Source of the DNA: Myxococcota bacterium
Lineage (GTDB): Bacteria; Myxococcota_A; Polyangia; Nannocystales; Nannocystaceae
Assembly: GCA_039028615.1 (NCBI GenBank)
Contig: JBCCHT010000046.1
Coordinates: forward strand, 31,192-95,191
Reading direction: 5' to 3'
Length of the DNA: 64,000 bases
Under the pieces are notes generated by a model. It was not told the DNA's origin. It searched no databases and saw only the letters and a program-made list of their open reading frames with translations. The stretch's first letter is position 1, and every line of letters begins with the position of its first letter. Shown piece by piece: positions 53,101-62,185 of this stretch. Made by a program: the position numbers and the translations under genes.

Positions 53101-53653
53101 GCACAAGGAGCAGATCGACGAGCTGCACGACGAGCTCGAGGTCGGTCGCAACCTGCTGGCCGCGGCGCAGGCCCGGTCGCTCGAGCAAGAGCGCATGCTG
53201 GCCAGCGAGCGACACAAGCTCGCGCGGGCCGGCATCGGGGCCGACGGCCTGCCGCCCACCGTGCGCAACAACGACCCCGGCAAGGAGGTCGACGATCTGT
53301 TCGCCGAGCTCGAGATGGGCGAGGGGGGCAACTCCATGGTGGACCTCGAGCCGCCGCGGAAGAAGCCCGTCGTCAAGCCTCCGCCGCCTCCGCGACCCGT
53401 GCCCGAGGCGGGTGCGCCTCGCATGCAGATCGGCGATCAGACGGGCACGATGTCCAGCCCGGGCAAACCCGCCAGTCGCTCGAGCTCCCGCATGGTCATC
53501 GAGCCCATGGAGGGCGAGGTGGACTGGCCCGAGCCCCCGGCCCAGCTCGAAGAGGTCGGCCACGGTCCGGAGCAGCAGTCGGGCGCGCACAAGCGGCCCT
53601 CGGCTCCCCGGGTGACGGTGAGCCTCGTGCCCGACGACGAATCCAAGAACTGA
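50171..53653 (+). CDS. Protein with degenerate methyltransferase-like N-terminus, long coiled coil and Pro-rich tail
   Basis: LPVGDATIDMVLC..LLREAYRVLRPGG; E/R/Q/L heptad-rich region of ~750 aa; GTG start. Confidence 0.8.
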   Translation: MHYLPAYVALERWAATRRVVVVAPTDSVGPRRLLDAGARGVIVVGGELPPIPGTERYQGVPTLPVGDATIDMVLCVEAYATLAPEPRRQLLREAYRVLRPGGLFASWIRHPPGPDDQIDFWTLEEELGTVFERTYMMAQMPWRGFSLAPVLDVEQTSAPALTLDEGLLDEPPEASHYLAVSFRQRPSAKLIERLTAECLLVPLPDPEVEPEPKPEPEPAANQEADVDVVSTQPITTVPREVLLIATAEKNTLKKQLDELKAREAELAERLETSNAEVIQARADAAALERNLNAQRASAEAESHAKVESLEQRLGEQLEAARATAKAERSRARALQEDLGQRIKALQTEVSQTRQRAQALDQGLEQRVAVLHEQAEQARERADVLQSSLAEAQDLDLPGQLDALRGELGDAQAAYQDAQGQVDELEEQLRTKATDLTVLTATVKDLEQSLARMSERVEARARELETQATARAELQQRYDHLAEERDGLTHQIEVAIAEREGVRQLAERSEAELEQARRRYAEQQELLAEKSQEASRFSGELQVLRERLQHQEEMLDQSRSRTEELTATAAKGHEQGRMLAEVARDRDQLREELKRRAAEIDTLEERLWTTREEVQKERLDGVRLSGEIERAREQAERAREAEQARNQELEQLGGELRRLEVAKAEAQGLQHSREEEIARLRRDMETMSTESADIASLRADLQSRSREIADLTGKLEQARVREQDAVAQAKRRETQLSDAGAELERMRRSTDEMNGVSASLQSELDVKSLEAEQLAASVADLQRQLEEVRGDRRKSASSTEQLQRRLELEAAEQEALRRRLRAREQELEDVVNTNESSGVELYKLRRELEAAAQANEALEEALKLQPGVEEGPTLLQEQQWPEEAISEIRRLKRMMAERTRQHAEQLARVDVMADAAEGGADLDGQRARNLEREVQVRAEEQEHILGLLESAEQKIWEMTDASDRNAARLAASLAQLEKHKEQIDELHDELEVGRNLLAAAQARSLEQERMLASERHKLARAGIGADGLPPTVRNNDPGKEVDDLFAELEMGEGGNSMVDLEPPRKKPVVKPPPPPRPVPEAGAPRMQIGDQTGTMSSPGKPASRSSSRMVIEPMEGEVDWPEPPAQLEEVGHGPEQQSGAHKRPSAPRVTVSLVPDDESKN

Positions 53654-53750
53654 GTCGCGCTTCGCCACGAAGGCGTGATCGGAGTCACTTAGTTTGTCGT
53701 GATCGTCTGGGGCCCTCGTCCGCCTTGAGGGACCGACGAGGCGAACACAC

Positions 53751-54800
53751 ATGGTGACGACCGCTCGATTCGACGATTCCCCCCAACGTTTCACCCCCAT
53801 TTTGCGCCGCTTTTGGCGGGCCGCGTTCATCGTTTCGGCCCTGACCGCGGCGGCCTGCAACACGGCCGAGGAAGACCCGAGCGAGTGCGCCGGGCAGGCC
53901 GGCTGCGAGTGTGTCCAGGGCCAGTTTTGCGATGTCGACCTCGTCTGCAGCGCGGGCGTGTGCCTGCCCGATGGCGCCACGGGCGACGGCGGCAACGACC
54001 CCAGCGGTGGCGTCGGGGACGATGGCAGCGGCAGCGACGACGGCTCCTCTTCCGATCCGAACGGACCGCAGATCATCAACTTGGTCACCAGCCTGAACAC
54101 GATGACGGAAGGGGACACGATGACGATCACCGCGATCGTGACCGACCCCGATGGCATCGCCGACGTCATCGGCGGCAACCTGACCGACGTCGATGGGAAC
54201 GTGACCTACGGGGCGTTCATGACGGCCGGCGACGAGGGCAGCTACCACCTCGAGATCAGCTGGGCCGACATCCACCAAGTCGATCCCATCGAGCTGCAGG
54301 GGCCGCAGACCCGGACCTTCCGCGTGACCTTCTTCGACGTGGAGGCGCACGAGAGCTCCGAGCAGGTGTCGATCGAGCTGACCTGCGAAGATCTCGTGTG
54401 GGCCTGCGACGGAGTCTGTACCGACACCGTCAGCAACCTCGATCACTGCGGGGCGTGCAACAAGGAGTGCACGAGCACCGACTGCAACCAGGGGGTCTGT
54501 GAGCCCGGTTGGGGCAACTGCATCGCCTCCGACGACCTGGTCTACGCCAATTGCGGCGAGTACTGTGCGTCGCGGGGGCTGCAGTGCCTGCCCGCCTGCA
54601 ACGGCTATCCCCAGGGCGGCAACTCGTCCTCCACCGACGACAACCGCGTGCAGTACTTCGACTCGTTCCTCAGCTCGTGCGGGCACCAGAACTACTACGC
54701 GCAGGCCTTTGCCGATCCCTGTGAGACGCCCTTTCGCTGGGGTGAGTCGGGGAATGGCGTCGGTGAGTTCGTCAGCGCCGAGTGCTGCTGCGGCGGCTGA
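53751..54800 (+). CDS. Cys-rich lipoprotein with Ig-like domain
   Basis: Lipobox TAAAC; CAGQAGCEC..C..C module; G/D-rich linker; ITAIVTDPDGIADVIGG; C-terminal HCGAC-containing Cys-rich region. Confidence 0.75.
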   Translation: MVTTARFDDSPQRFTPILRRFWRAAFIVSALTAAACNTAEEDPSECAGQAGCECVQGQFCDVDLVCSAGVCLPDGATGDGGNDPSGGVGDDGSGSDDGSSSDPNGPQIINLVTSLNTMTEGDTMTITAIVTDPDGIADVIGGNLTDVDGNVTYGAFMTAGDEGSYHLEISWADIHQVDPIELQGPQTRTFRVTFFDVEAHESSEQVSIELTCEDLVWACDGVCTDTVSNLDHCGACNKECTSTDCNQGVCEPGWGNCIASDDLVYANCGEYCASRGLQCLPACNGYPQGGNSSSTDDNRVQYFDSFLSSCGHQNYYAQAFADPCETPFRWGESGNGVGEFVSAECCCGG

Positions 54801-54868
54801 TCCCGCGCGGACGTCCGTCGGTGAACCGTCCCGAGTTCGGGGGTCCACCGTCGGGCGTGACCCGCCGC

Positions 54869-57559
54869 TCAGGGGATGAGTTCGTCGAGGACCTTCTCGG
54901 CGTGGGCGTGCGTGCTCGGATCGGTCTCGGCCAGCAAGGGCAGCGCCCGAGTCAGGTCCGCACGTGCCCCGGCGTCGTCGCCCCGGTTGGCTCGGTGTAC
55001 CCCGCGAAGCGTCAGCAGGCGGCCCTCGCTGCGCGGCTCCTCGACGCGGCGGTAGATCTCCAGCCCTCGCGCGAGCATGGCGTCGGCTCGATCGTCGCCG
55101 AGGTCGATCATGATCTTGGCCGTGAACTGGACGAGCTCCCCGACGCCCGGGGCATGGGCTTTGACCTCGTCCTTGCGGACCTCCAGCGCGTGCAGGCAGT
55201 GGCGCAAGGCCGCCTTTGGGTCGCCGCGAAGCTCCTCGATCGAGGCCATCTTCGTCAGCGTGTCGCCCATCCACGCGTTGCGACCGGACTCCACCGACAT
55301 TTGCGCTTCGAGCTTCAGGATCTCGTCCAGGGTCTGCAGCGCCTCGTCGTAGCGACCGAGGCGGCCGAGGAAGTCCGCCAGGTTGCTCATCATGAGGTCC
55401 TCGGTCGGGGAGGGGTCCGTGACCGCGCCGCGCCAGATCTCGAGCGCCCGTTGCTGCAGCTCGAGCGCGCCCTGGTGGTCTCCGTCGTGGCTCAGCAGCT
55501 GGGCTCGCTGCTGCATCAGCTTGGCGAACTGGGGGTGATGGTCGCCGATGAGGTCACGTGCGAGGTCCTCGGCCGCGGCGATCGAGCGCGCCGCGTCGTC
55601 CATTCGGCCCAGGCGCAGGAGCAACGCGCCGTGGTTGGCGTACATGCTCATCAAGGCCATGCGGTTGCCATCGGCGTCGGCCTCTGCCGCGGCGATGCCT
55701 TCGGCCAGGACCTCCACCGCATCGGCGTATCGGACCGCGATGCCCAGGCCCGAGCCGAGCACGTTCGACAGGTGCGGCCAGGTGGACTCTCCGGTTCGGC
55801 GGCGGTGGAGGGCCAGGGCCAGCGCGGCCGCTTCTTCTGCCGCTTCGGGGTCGCGCCGACGGAAGCGCGTATCGGCCAGGTTCGCGGCTCCGACCGCGGC
55901 TACGGCATCGGCCCGGCTCGCCACCGCCAGCTGCAGCCCATCCTGCAGGGTGGATTCCGCCGCATCCCACTCACCGTGCAGCCGCTGCAATCGTCCGAGT
56001 CGCACGAGGCCATCGGCCAGCATCGGGTCGTGGCCGAGCGCGCGCAGGCGGACGATGAGCGGCTCGAGGCGCGTTCGGGCGGTGCCGTAGCGTCCGGCGA
56101 GACGGTGAGCGCTCACCTCGGCTAGCTCTTTTTCGAGTTCGGCCACCCGGGCCTGGGCGTCGGCGTCGAGGGTCGAGCGGTCGGCGAGCGCGTCCGGTCG
56201 GTCGCAGTGGGACACGGGCGTCAGGGCGGAGACGGCCGAGGTCGAGCGGCGCACCAGGGCTTCGTCGGCGGATTCGAACTCGCCGAGCAGAGCATCGAGC
56301 TCGGCCCGACGTCGCTCGAGGCAGACCTCCCGCGGAGTCGGAGGGGCCGTCGACGAGGTACGTGCCCGGCAGGCACCGACGCTCGCCTCGCTCCACTCCC
56401 GTGCGTATCGATCGATGGTCTCGTGCACGAACGCCTGCGCGTGCTCGGCATAGGGGCGGCCGGTCTTCGAGAACGCGGCATCGATCGAGGCCTGGCGTGC
56501 CGCAGACCAGGTCGTGTCGATCGCTTGGGCACGGGCAAGGCATTCGTCGTGGTCGCGCCCCTGGGCCCAGCCTACGGCGCCCGCTGCCACGGCGAGCATC
56601 GACGCCACGATCCAGCCGCCGCGGGACCGCGGTCGAAGCTGGCGCTCGAGCACATCGATCAGCGACGTCAGATCCGGGTGGCGTCGCGTGGGCTCGGGGT
56701 CCAAGCCTCGCAGCACCACCTCGCGTAGGCGTCGGGGCAGCGCCTCCGCGTCGGCCGGTGCGGGTCCTTGGTCGATCGCGGCCAGTCGCTCCGTCGCCGT
56801 CTCTCCACCGAACGGACGCCGCCCCGTCAGCGCCTCGAACAGGGTCACGCAGAACGCGAACTGGTCGCTTCGGGCGTCGGCCGCTCGTCCGCGGAGCTGC
56901 TCGGGGGCCATATACGCCGGCGTGCCCAGGCCGACCGTGCGCTCGCTCGGCGCTTCGGAGGCCTCGGACGTGGACTCGGTCGGCGAGCGCTCTTCGTCGC
57001 CCCGATCGGCGAGGCCGAAGTCCGTCACCCGTGCTCGCCCGTCGTCGCCGACCATCACGTTGCCCGGCTTGAAGTCGCGGTGGCTCATGCCCTGGGCGTG
57101 GGCCTGTGCCAGGCCCCGACCGGCGCCGCACAGGACCTCGAGGATCTGTGCCGTGGAGCGCGAGCGAGCGGCGAGCCACTTTGCCAGGGTCGTGCCCGCG
57201 ATCAGCTCCATCACCACGTAGGCGTAGCCATCGGTCTCGTCGACCTCGTACACGTTGACCACGTTGGGGTGCGACAGGCGGGCGAGCGCCTTGGCCTCGC
57301 GCATCAACGGGGAGCGCGGTCCCTCGGGCTCGCGGTGCAGACGCTTGACGGCGACCCGGCGATCGAGCTTGGGGTCATACGCTGCGTACACCGACCCGTA
57401 GGCCCCTGCGCCCAAGCGTTCGAGCAGCACGAAGCGCCCGAGCGTGGCGGGCCCGGACTCCACGCCCGCCAGTCGGCGCAGCACGTTCGCCCGCGCGACC
57501 CGAGCCGCGATGGGGTCCGGTTGCGGTCGGCCGCGGCTGAGCTGCTCTTCGAGGGACAT
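54869..57559 (-). CDS. Membrane Ser/Thr protein kinase with C-terminal TPRs
   Basis: LGAGAYGSV, VAVK, HRDFKPGN, DFG, GTPAYMAPE; TM WIVASMLAVAAGAVGW; TPRs. Confidence 0.93.
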   Translation of the reverse strand: MSLEEQLSRGRPQPDPIAARVARANVLRRLAGVESGPATLGRFVLLERLGAGAYGSVYAAYDPKLDRRVAVKRLHREPEGPRSPLMREAKALARLSHPNVVNVYEVDETDGYAYVVMELIAGTTLAKWLAARSRSTAQILEVLCGAGRGLAQAHAQGMSHRDFKPGNVMVGDDGRARVTDFGLADRGDEERSPTESTSEASEAPSERTVGLGTPAYMAPEQLRGRAADARSDQFAFCVTLFEALTGRRPFGGETATERLAAIDQGPAPADAEALPRRLREVVLRGLDPEPTRRHPDLTSLIDVLERQLRPRSRGGWIVASMLAVAAGAVGWAQGRDHDECLARAQAIDTTWSAARQASIDAAFSKTGRPYAEHAQAFVHETIDRYAREWSEASVGACRARTSSTAPPTPREVCLERRRAELDALLGEFESADEALVRRSTSAVSALTPVSHCDRPDALADRSTLDADAQARVAELEKELAEVSAHRLAGRYGTARTRLEPLIVRLRALGHDPMLADGLVRLGRLQRLHGEWDAAESTLQDGLQLAVASRADAVAAVGAANLADTRFRRRDPEAAEEAAALALALHRRRTGESTWPHLSNVLGSGLGIAVRYADAVEVLAEGIAAAEADADGNRMALMSMYANHGALLLRLGRMDDAARSIAAAEDLARDLIGDHHPQFAKLMQQRAQLLSHDGDHQGALELQQRALEIWRGAVTDPSPTEDLMMSNLADFLGRLGRYDEALQTLDEILKLEAQMSVESGRNAWMGDTLTKMASIEELRGDPKAALRHCLHALEVRKDEVKAHAPGVGELVQFTAKIMIDLGDDRADAMLARGLEIYRRVEEPRSEGRLLTLRGVHRANRGDDAGARADLTRALPLLAETDPSTHAHAEKVLDELIP

Positions 57560-57659
57560 CGCGAACGGTGCCCGGCTTGATGCCCGGGCTGAGGTAGGCG
57601 GACGGCGAACAGACCCGATCACCGGTTCGGGTGTGAGCTTGCTCCGCGGTCGCGGCGAC

Positions 57660-58283
57660 TCAAGGAGCCTCGGTCGCTGCCTTCGTGGCCGGACGCCAAT
57701 CCGCGAGCTTGGTGAGGGTGTCGTGCAGCGAGTCCGCCGCTTCGTTCACGCGCTCGATCTCTTCGGTCAGCTGGCGCTTGGCGATCCGCAGTCGGCTGCG
57801 GGCGGTCCCCTCGGGGACGTCCAAGACCTCGGCCAGCTCGCGCCCGGTGAGTGATTGCCAGTAGTACAGCTCGAGGATCAGCTGCGAGTCGAGCGGGATC
57901 CGGCGCAGTCCCTCGAGCACGACCCGTTGTTCCCGATCGCGAGCGACAGCCCGGCTCGGTGAGGTCCCGAGGTCCGCCAGCGAGGTCACGGTGGCGTCGA
58001 GTCGAGGCGCGGACCCCTTGCGGCGAAAGTGATCGATCAGCCGGTGGCGTGCGACCGCGAACAAGAACGCGCGGAACGTGTGAATGGCCGCCAGCTGGTC
58101 GCGACGCTCGACGCAGCCGAGGAAGGTCTGCTGCGTCAGGTCTTCGGCCTCGTCGGGGACCTTGCTCGCGAAGAACCCGTGCACCTCGTCGAAGTAGCGG
58201 TCGATGAGCTGCGCTGCCGCGTGCTTGTCTCCCTCGCCCCAAGCGCGGAGCAGCGCATCGTCGGTCGGCGACGGGCGATGCAC
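57660..58283 (-). CDS. ECF RNA polymerase sigma factor
   Basis: Region 2 AEDLTQQTFL..FRAFLFAVAR..LIDHFR; region 4 LELYYW..ELAEVLDVPEGTARSRLR. Confidence 0.93.
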   Translation of the reverse strand: MHRPSPTDDALLRAWGEGDKHAAAQLIDRYFDEVHGFFASKVPDEAEDLTQQTFLGCVERRDQLAAIHTFRAFLFAVARHRLIDHFRRKGSAPRLDATVTSLADLGTSPSRAVARDREQRVVLEGLRRIPLDSQLILELYYWQSLTGRELAEVLDVPEGTARSRLRIAKRQLTEEIERVNEAADSLHDTLTKLADWRPATKAATEAP

Positions 58284-58559
58284 GACGCCAGGTTATCACC
58301 GCCGTAACTGCACCCGATTCGGCACCGGGGGGGCCCCCGCCGACGGTGCGGGGGCTCGAGCGGCCGGTCCCCCGCGGGCTGGCGTGGGACCCGGCTGCGG
58401 ACCGAAATGCACGGCAGGCCGAAGCCAACCCGGGCGCGCCGCGCAGAGGAGGCACCGACCAAAACCCCGCAATCCCGGCCATTTGGGCGAATGAGCGGGT
58501 CGTGAGGCGCCCCCTGAACTCGTGCGTCGAGGTTTTTGGACTCGGGCGGCGTGGGGGTC

Positions 58560-58588
58560 TTGACGGCCTGGGGCCTTCGGCCTAGGTT
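58560..58588 (+). promoter_or_regulatory. Putative sigma70 promoter of tRNA-Leu
   Basis: TTGACG-N17-TAGGTT, ending 24 nt upstream of the tRNA. Confidence 0.65.
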
Positions 58589-58612
58589 CCCGTTCCCCGA
58601 CGAACACGTCAC

Positions 58613-58695
58613 GCGAGAGTGGCGAAATTGGTAGACGCGCACGGTTCAGGTCCGTGTGTCCTTAGGACATGGGGGTTCGATTCCCTCCTCTCGCA
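58613..58695 (+). tRNA. tRNA-Leu(CAG); CCA not encoded
   Basis: Acceptor GCGAGAG/CTCTCGC+A; D-loop GGCGAAATTGGTAGACGC; anticodon arm CACGG-TTCAGGT-CCGTG; long variable arm; GGTTCGATTCC. Confidence 0.96.
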
Positions 58696-58696
58696 C

Positions 58697-58733
58697 AAAA
58701 AAGGACCCTTCCTCTTCGGAAGGGTCCTTTTTT
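58697..58733. terminator. Bidirectional intrinsic terminator
   Basis: AAAAAAGGACCCTTCC-tcttc-GGAAGGGTCCTTTTTT. Confidence 0.9.
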
Positions 58734-58753
58734 CATTGGGGGGTGGGCGGTGG

Positions 58754-58966
58754 CTACTTGGACTCGATGCGGTCGACCTTGATCGAAGGCCCGCTCATCT
58801 GAAGGCTGAAGCCGCCGTCGATCAGCTCGCCGTGCACGGTGACTTTGCTACCGGCGGAGAGCTTGCCCGCCCCCTCGAGGCGGAAGGTGCCGCCGTCGTT
58901 GGTGCGTAGCTCCCAGAAACCGCCCTCGAGGTCGTTGTGCTGCACGGTACCCGTGAACTTGGCCAT
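58754..58966 (-). CDS. Small OB-fold-like protein (DUF5818-like)
   Basis: MAKFTGTVQHNDLEGGFWEL..V.V.G..MSGP.I.V; 70 aa; ends at the shared terminator. Confidence 0.7.
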   Translation of the reverse strand: MAKFTGTVQHNDLEGGFWELRTNDGGTFRLEGAGKLSAGSKVTVHGELIDGGFSLQMSGPSIKVDRIESK

Positions 58967-59039
58967 GCGCGGGAGCATAGCGCAGGGCTCGCGGCGGGCG
59001 TCAAGAACGGGCAGCCGCGGCTGGTACCCTTCGGCGTAG

Positions 59040-61349
59040 ATGCGGACTGCGAGCGTGCTCTTGGCCGGGATCGTGATCGTCGGCGCGGCGGGGTGCGAGC
59101 GCACCGAGTCGCCCGCCGCCGGCTCCGCGCCCGCGGAGGCTTCGGAGACCACCGAGGCGATCCCTCGTCCCGCGTGGCCCTCGTGGGGCGGCGTGCCCTG
59201 GCCGACGGCCGGCGAGGCGTTGAGCAGCGCGCTGCGGGTGGCCGAGCTGAATCGCGACGCCGAGGCCGAGGCGATCGATCAGGCCTGGCACCACGAAGAT
59301 CCGGCCTGGCGGGCCCGCTCCGCGTGGACCTTGGCTCGGATCGGTGGTCCGCAGGCGCTCGAGATCCTGAGCAAACGACTCCTCGACGGTCGCGTCGAGC
59401 TCGATGCCTCCACCCTCGCGGCGATCGGCTTTCTCGAGGCTCCGGGCGCCGACGGTGAGCCCCGGGGCGACGCCTGGGACGACCTCGAAGACCTCCTGTG
59501 GACCCGCTACGCGGTGACCGAGGACGCCGAGCAGGCGGATGCGTTGTTGCTGGCGATTGCGCGGATCGGTGGCGCTCGATCGCCCGTTCGCCTCGCGGCC
59601 GATCTCGCGGTGCTGCCGAGCGCGGGAGAAGAGCCCCGCCATGTGCACGCCATGGAGGCGCTGGCGATCTCGTGCGTGCGTGGCTATGCGCTGCCCATCG
59701 ATGGCCTGCGCGCGGTGGCCCTGGGTCTCACCGCCGAGGGCCCTGCGCTGCGTCGGGCGGCCGCGTTCGCGCTGGCCCGCTGCGCGGCGGTCTCGGCCGA
59801 GCGCCTCGCGGGAGAAGAGCGCGGCGAGCTCGTCTCCCGGCTCGTCCCGATCATCGAGGGCGACGATCCCGATGGTGCGCGGCAAGCCTGGCGCGCGCTC
59901 GAGGGCCTGGGGGAGCGGCTGCGGGTCGTGCCCGAGTGGGTGCTGGGCAAGGAGGGCGGCGACTGGATGGCCGAGGTCGCGGCGGTTCGAGCCCTGGCCG
60001 CGCACGCCGATGGACGCAAGGTCCTCGCGCGTCGCATGAGCCAGGTGAACATCGACGACTTCGAGGGGCCGCGCCTGCACGTGCTGCGCGAGCTGTTCAT
60101 GCAGCTACGTACCTTCGCCGCCCACGAGCCGCAGCTCGAGACGCCGCTGAAGGCCGTGGCCGACGCGCTGCGCCGATCGACCGCCAAGCAGCATCGGGCC
60201 ACTGCGCTGACGCTGCTGAACTGCGAAGCGCAGGTGCTGCTGGCCACGCTCAGCGGTGAGCTTGAGGCGGTGCGCGGGTGTGCCAAGTCCTCGCCGAGCG
60301 TGCCCGACGAGCACGGCGATCGCATGGTGATCGAGGCCCTGGTCAACATGGGCACGGTCTTGCCGCGCGAGCAGAAGGTGGCGGCTCTGCTCGAGGCAGC
60401 AAGCGACGCCCGGCCTTCGGTGCGCGCCCCCGCGGTGACGGCCCTGGCTGGCCTCGACGACCCGGGCGTGGCCGAGGCCCGGCGCAAGGCCCTGGCCGAC
60501 GAAGACATGGGGGTCGTGGCCGCGGCGGCGGGCGCGGTGGGGCAGCGGGCGAGCGACCAGAGCCGTCGCGATCCCGAGGCCATTCCGCTGCTGCGCGCCG
60601 TCATCGGTCGCTTCGACGATCAGCAGGCGATCGAGACCCGGATCGCGGCCATCGATGCGCTGGGGCGACTGTCCCGCAGCGAGCCCGAGCCCGAGCCCGG
60701 CACGAAGAAGCCGGATTGGCTCGAGAAGTCCGTTGCGCCGCTCGGTCGACACCCGGCCAGCGCCATCCGAGCCGCCGCTCGCCGGGCGTTGCAGGGGCAG
60801 CCCGAGCTTCTCGAGCCCTTCGACGCCCTCCCCATCGACGAGACCCTCGAGCGCTTCGCCCCCGCCGTGCACCAGGCGGCGGAGAGCGGTGCCGACCGAG
60901 CGATGGGCCTGCGCGTCCATACCGATGTCGGCTCGTTCACGATCGACTTTTCCGGGGCGCCCGCTCCGATCGCCCAGGCCAACCTCGCTGCGCTCGCCAC
61001 TTCGGGATTCTTCGAGCGGCTCACCTTCCATCGCGTGGTGCCGGGCTTCGTGGTGCAGGGCGGCGATCCTCGCGGCGACGGCTACGGAGGCCCCGGGCAC
61101 GTGATGCCCTGCGAGTGGTCCAACCTCCGCTACGAGCGAGGGACGGTGGGCATCGCTCTGGCCGGCAAGGACACGGGGGGCTCGCAGCTGTTCATCGCCC
61201 ACGACGCGGCGCGGCATCTCGATGCTCGCTACACCGTGATCGGCCGGGTCGTGGCGGGCATGGAGGTCGTGGACCAGCTATGGCCCTACGATCGGATCTC
61301 GCGGGTCGAGGTCCTCGACGAGCCGCCCACGGCGAGCGAGGCCCGATGA
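59040..61349 (+). CDS. HEAT-repeat lipoprotein with C-terminal cyclophilin-type PPIase
   Basis: Lipobox AAGC; HEAT-like helices; FHRVVPGFVVQGGDP, GTVGIA, DTGGSQLFI, HLDARYTVIG. Confidence 0.9.
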   Translation: MRTASVLLAGIVIVGAAGCERTESPAAGSAPAEASETTEAIPRPAWPSWGGVPWPTAGEALSSALRVAELNRDAEAEAIDQAWHHEDPAWRARSAWTLARIGGPQALEILSKRLLDGRVELDASTLAAIGFLEAPGADGEPRGDAWDDLEDLLWTRYAVTEDAEQADALLLAIARIGGARSPVRLAADLAVLPSAGEEPRHVHAMEALAISCVRGYALPIDGLRAVALGLTAEGPALRRAAAFALARCAAVSAERLAGEERGELVSRLVPIIEGDDPDGARQAWRALEGLGERLRVVPEWVLGKEGGDWMAEVAAVRALAAHADGRKVLARRMSQVNIDDFEGPRLHVLRELFMQLRTFAAHEPQLETPLKAVADALRRSTAKQHRATALTLLNCEAQVLLATLSGELEAVRGCAKSSPSVPDEHGDRMVIEALVNMGTVLPREQKVAALLEAASDARPSVRAPAVTALAGLDDPGVAEARRKALADEDMGVVAAAAGAVGQRASDQSRRDPEAIPLLRAVIGRFDDQQAIETRIAAIDALGRLSRSEPEPEPGTKKPDWLEKSVAPLGRHPASAIRAAARRALQGQPELLEPFDALPIDETLERFAPAVHQAAESGADRAMGLRVHTDVGSFTIDFSGAPAPIAQANLAALATSGFFERLTFHRVVPGFVVQGGDPRGDGYGGPGHVMPCEWSNLRYERGTVGIALAGKDTGGSQLFIAHDAARHLDARYTVIGRVVAGMEVVDQLWPYDRISRVEVLDEPPTASEAR

Positions 61350-62092
61350 GCCTGTGGCTGGTGGGTGGTCACGATCCCACCCACGGCGCCGGTTTGTTTC
61401 GCGACCTGAGCACGGCCAAGACCCTCGCCCCTTCGATTCCACGGCGCTTTGCCGTGACCGCGCTGACCGAGCAGGGGCATGGTCGCCCGGCACGGAGCAC
61501 ACCGGTCGGCGCCGAGCGATTACGTCGGCGGCTCGAGCGGTGGCCGGGGGCCCGGGTCGTCAAGCTCGGTCTCGTCCCCGACTCGCTGGCGGCCACGGTG
61601 GCGGCGTGGGCGAAGGGCAGCACCGCGCCCGTCGTGCTCGATCCGGTGCTGAACGCCACCGACGGAGGTGCGCTCGGTTCGAGCCCCGATGGCCTGGCGC
61701 CGCTGCTCGATGTGGCCACCGTGATCACCCCCAATCGTCACGAGGCCCAGGCGCTGACCAACACTCAGTGTGACGACGCGAACGACGTGGCGCAGGCCCT
61801 GTCTCGTCGCTTCCCCGGCACCGCGGTGTTGCTCAAGGGGGGTCACGATCCCGATCCCGAACACGTCGTCGATCGCTTGATCCGGGGCACGCAGGTCGTC
61901 TCGTTTCGCCGACCGCGAGTGCCGGGGCCCGATCCCCGCGGTACCGGTTGCGCGTTGGCGACCGCCATCGCGGCTCTACTTGCGACGGGACGCGGTTTGG
62001 AGCAGGCGGTCGAGGGCGCCGTCATGTGGCTCGATGTGCGACGTGCAGCGTGGACGCGCGGCCCCGACGGGCGCGCGCATCTGCCCGATTGA
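61346..62092 (+). CDS. thiD: Hydroxymethylpyrimidine/phosphomethylpyrimidine kinase-like (ThiD/PfkB family)
   Basis: GGHDPTHGAG..DL, VKLG, VVLDPVL, ITPN..EA, LLKGGH, RGTGC. ATGA overlap with the upstream gene. Confidence 0.75.
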   Translation: MSLWLVGGHDPTHGAGLFRDLSTAKTLAPSIPRRFAVTALTEQGHGRPARSTPVGAERLRRRLERWPGARVVKLGLVPDSLAATVAAWAKGSTAPVVLDPVLNATDGGALGSSPDGLAPLLDVATVITPNRHEAQALTNTQCDDANDVAQALSRRFPGTAVLLKGGHDPDPEHVVDRLIRGTQVVSFRRPRVPGPDPRGTGCALATAIAALLATGRGLEQAVEGAVMWLDVRRAAWTRGPDGRAHLPD

Positions 62093-62185
62093 GTTTCGAA
62101 TCGGTCTTCCGAGGAAGGCCTTTCGCGTACACGGGTGTGTGGTGTCCTACCGGGGGCGGCCGCTACCATCCAACTTCATCCCACG

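Noticed and set aside
58613..58760. Genomic island integrated at tRNA-Leu
   Set aside because: The tRNA is followed directly by its terminator and ordinary genes; no integrase or duplicated tRNA 3' end was seen.
60278..61345. 604-aa version of the ThiD-like ORF
   Set aside because: The upstream part overlaps the cyclophilin gene out of frame; the ATGA-coupled start at 61346 fits.
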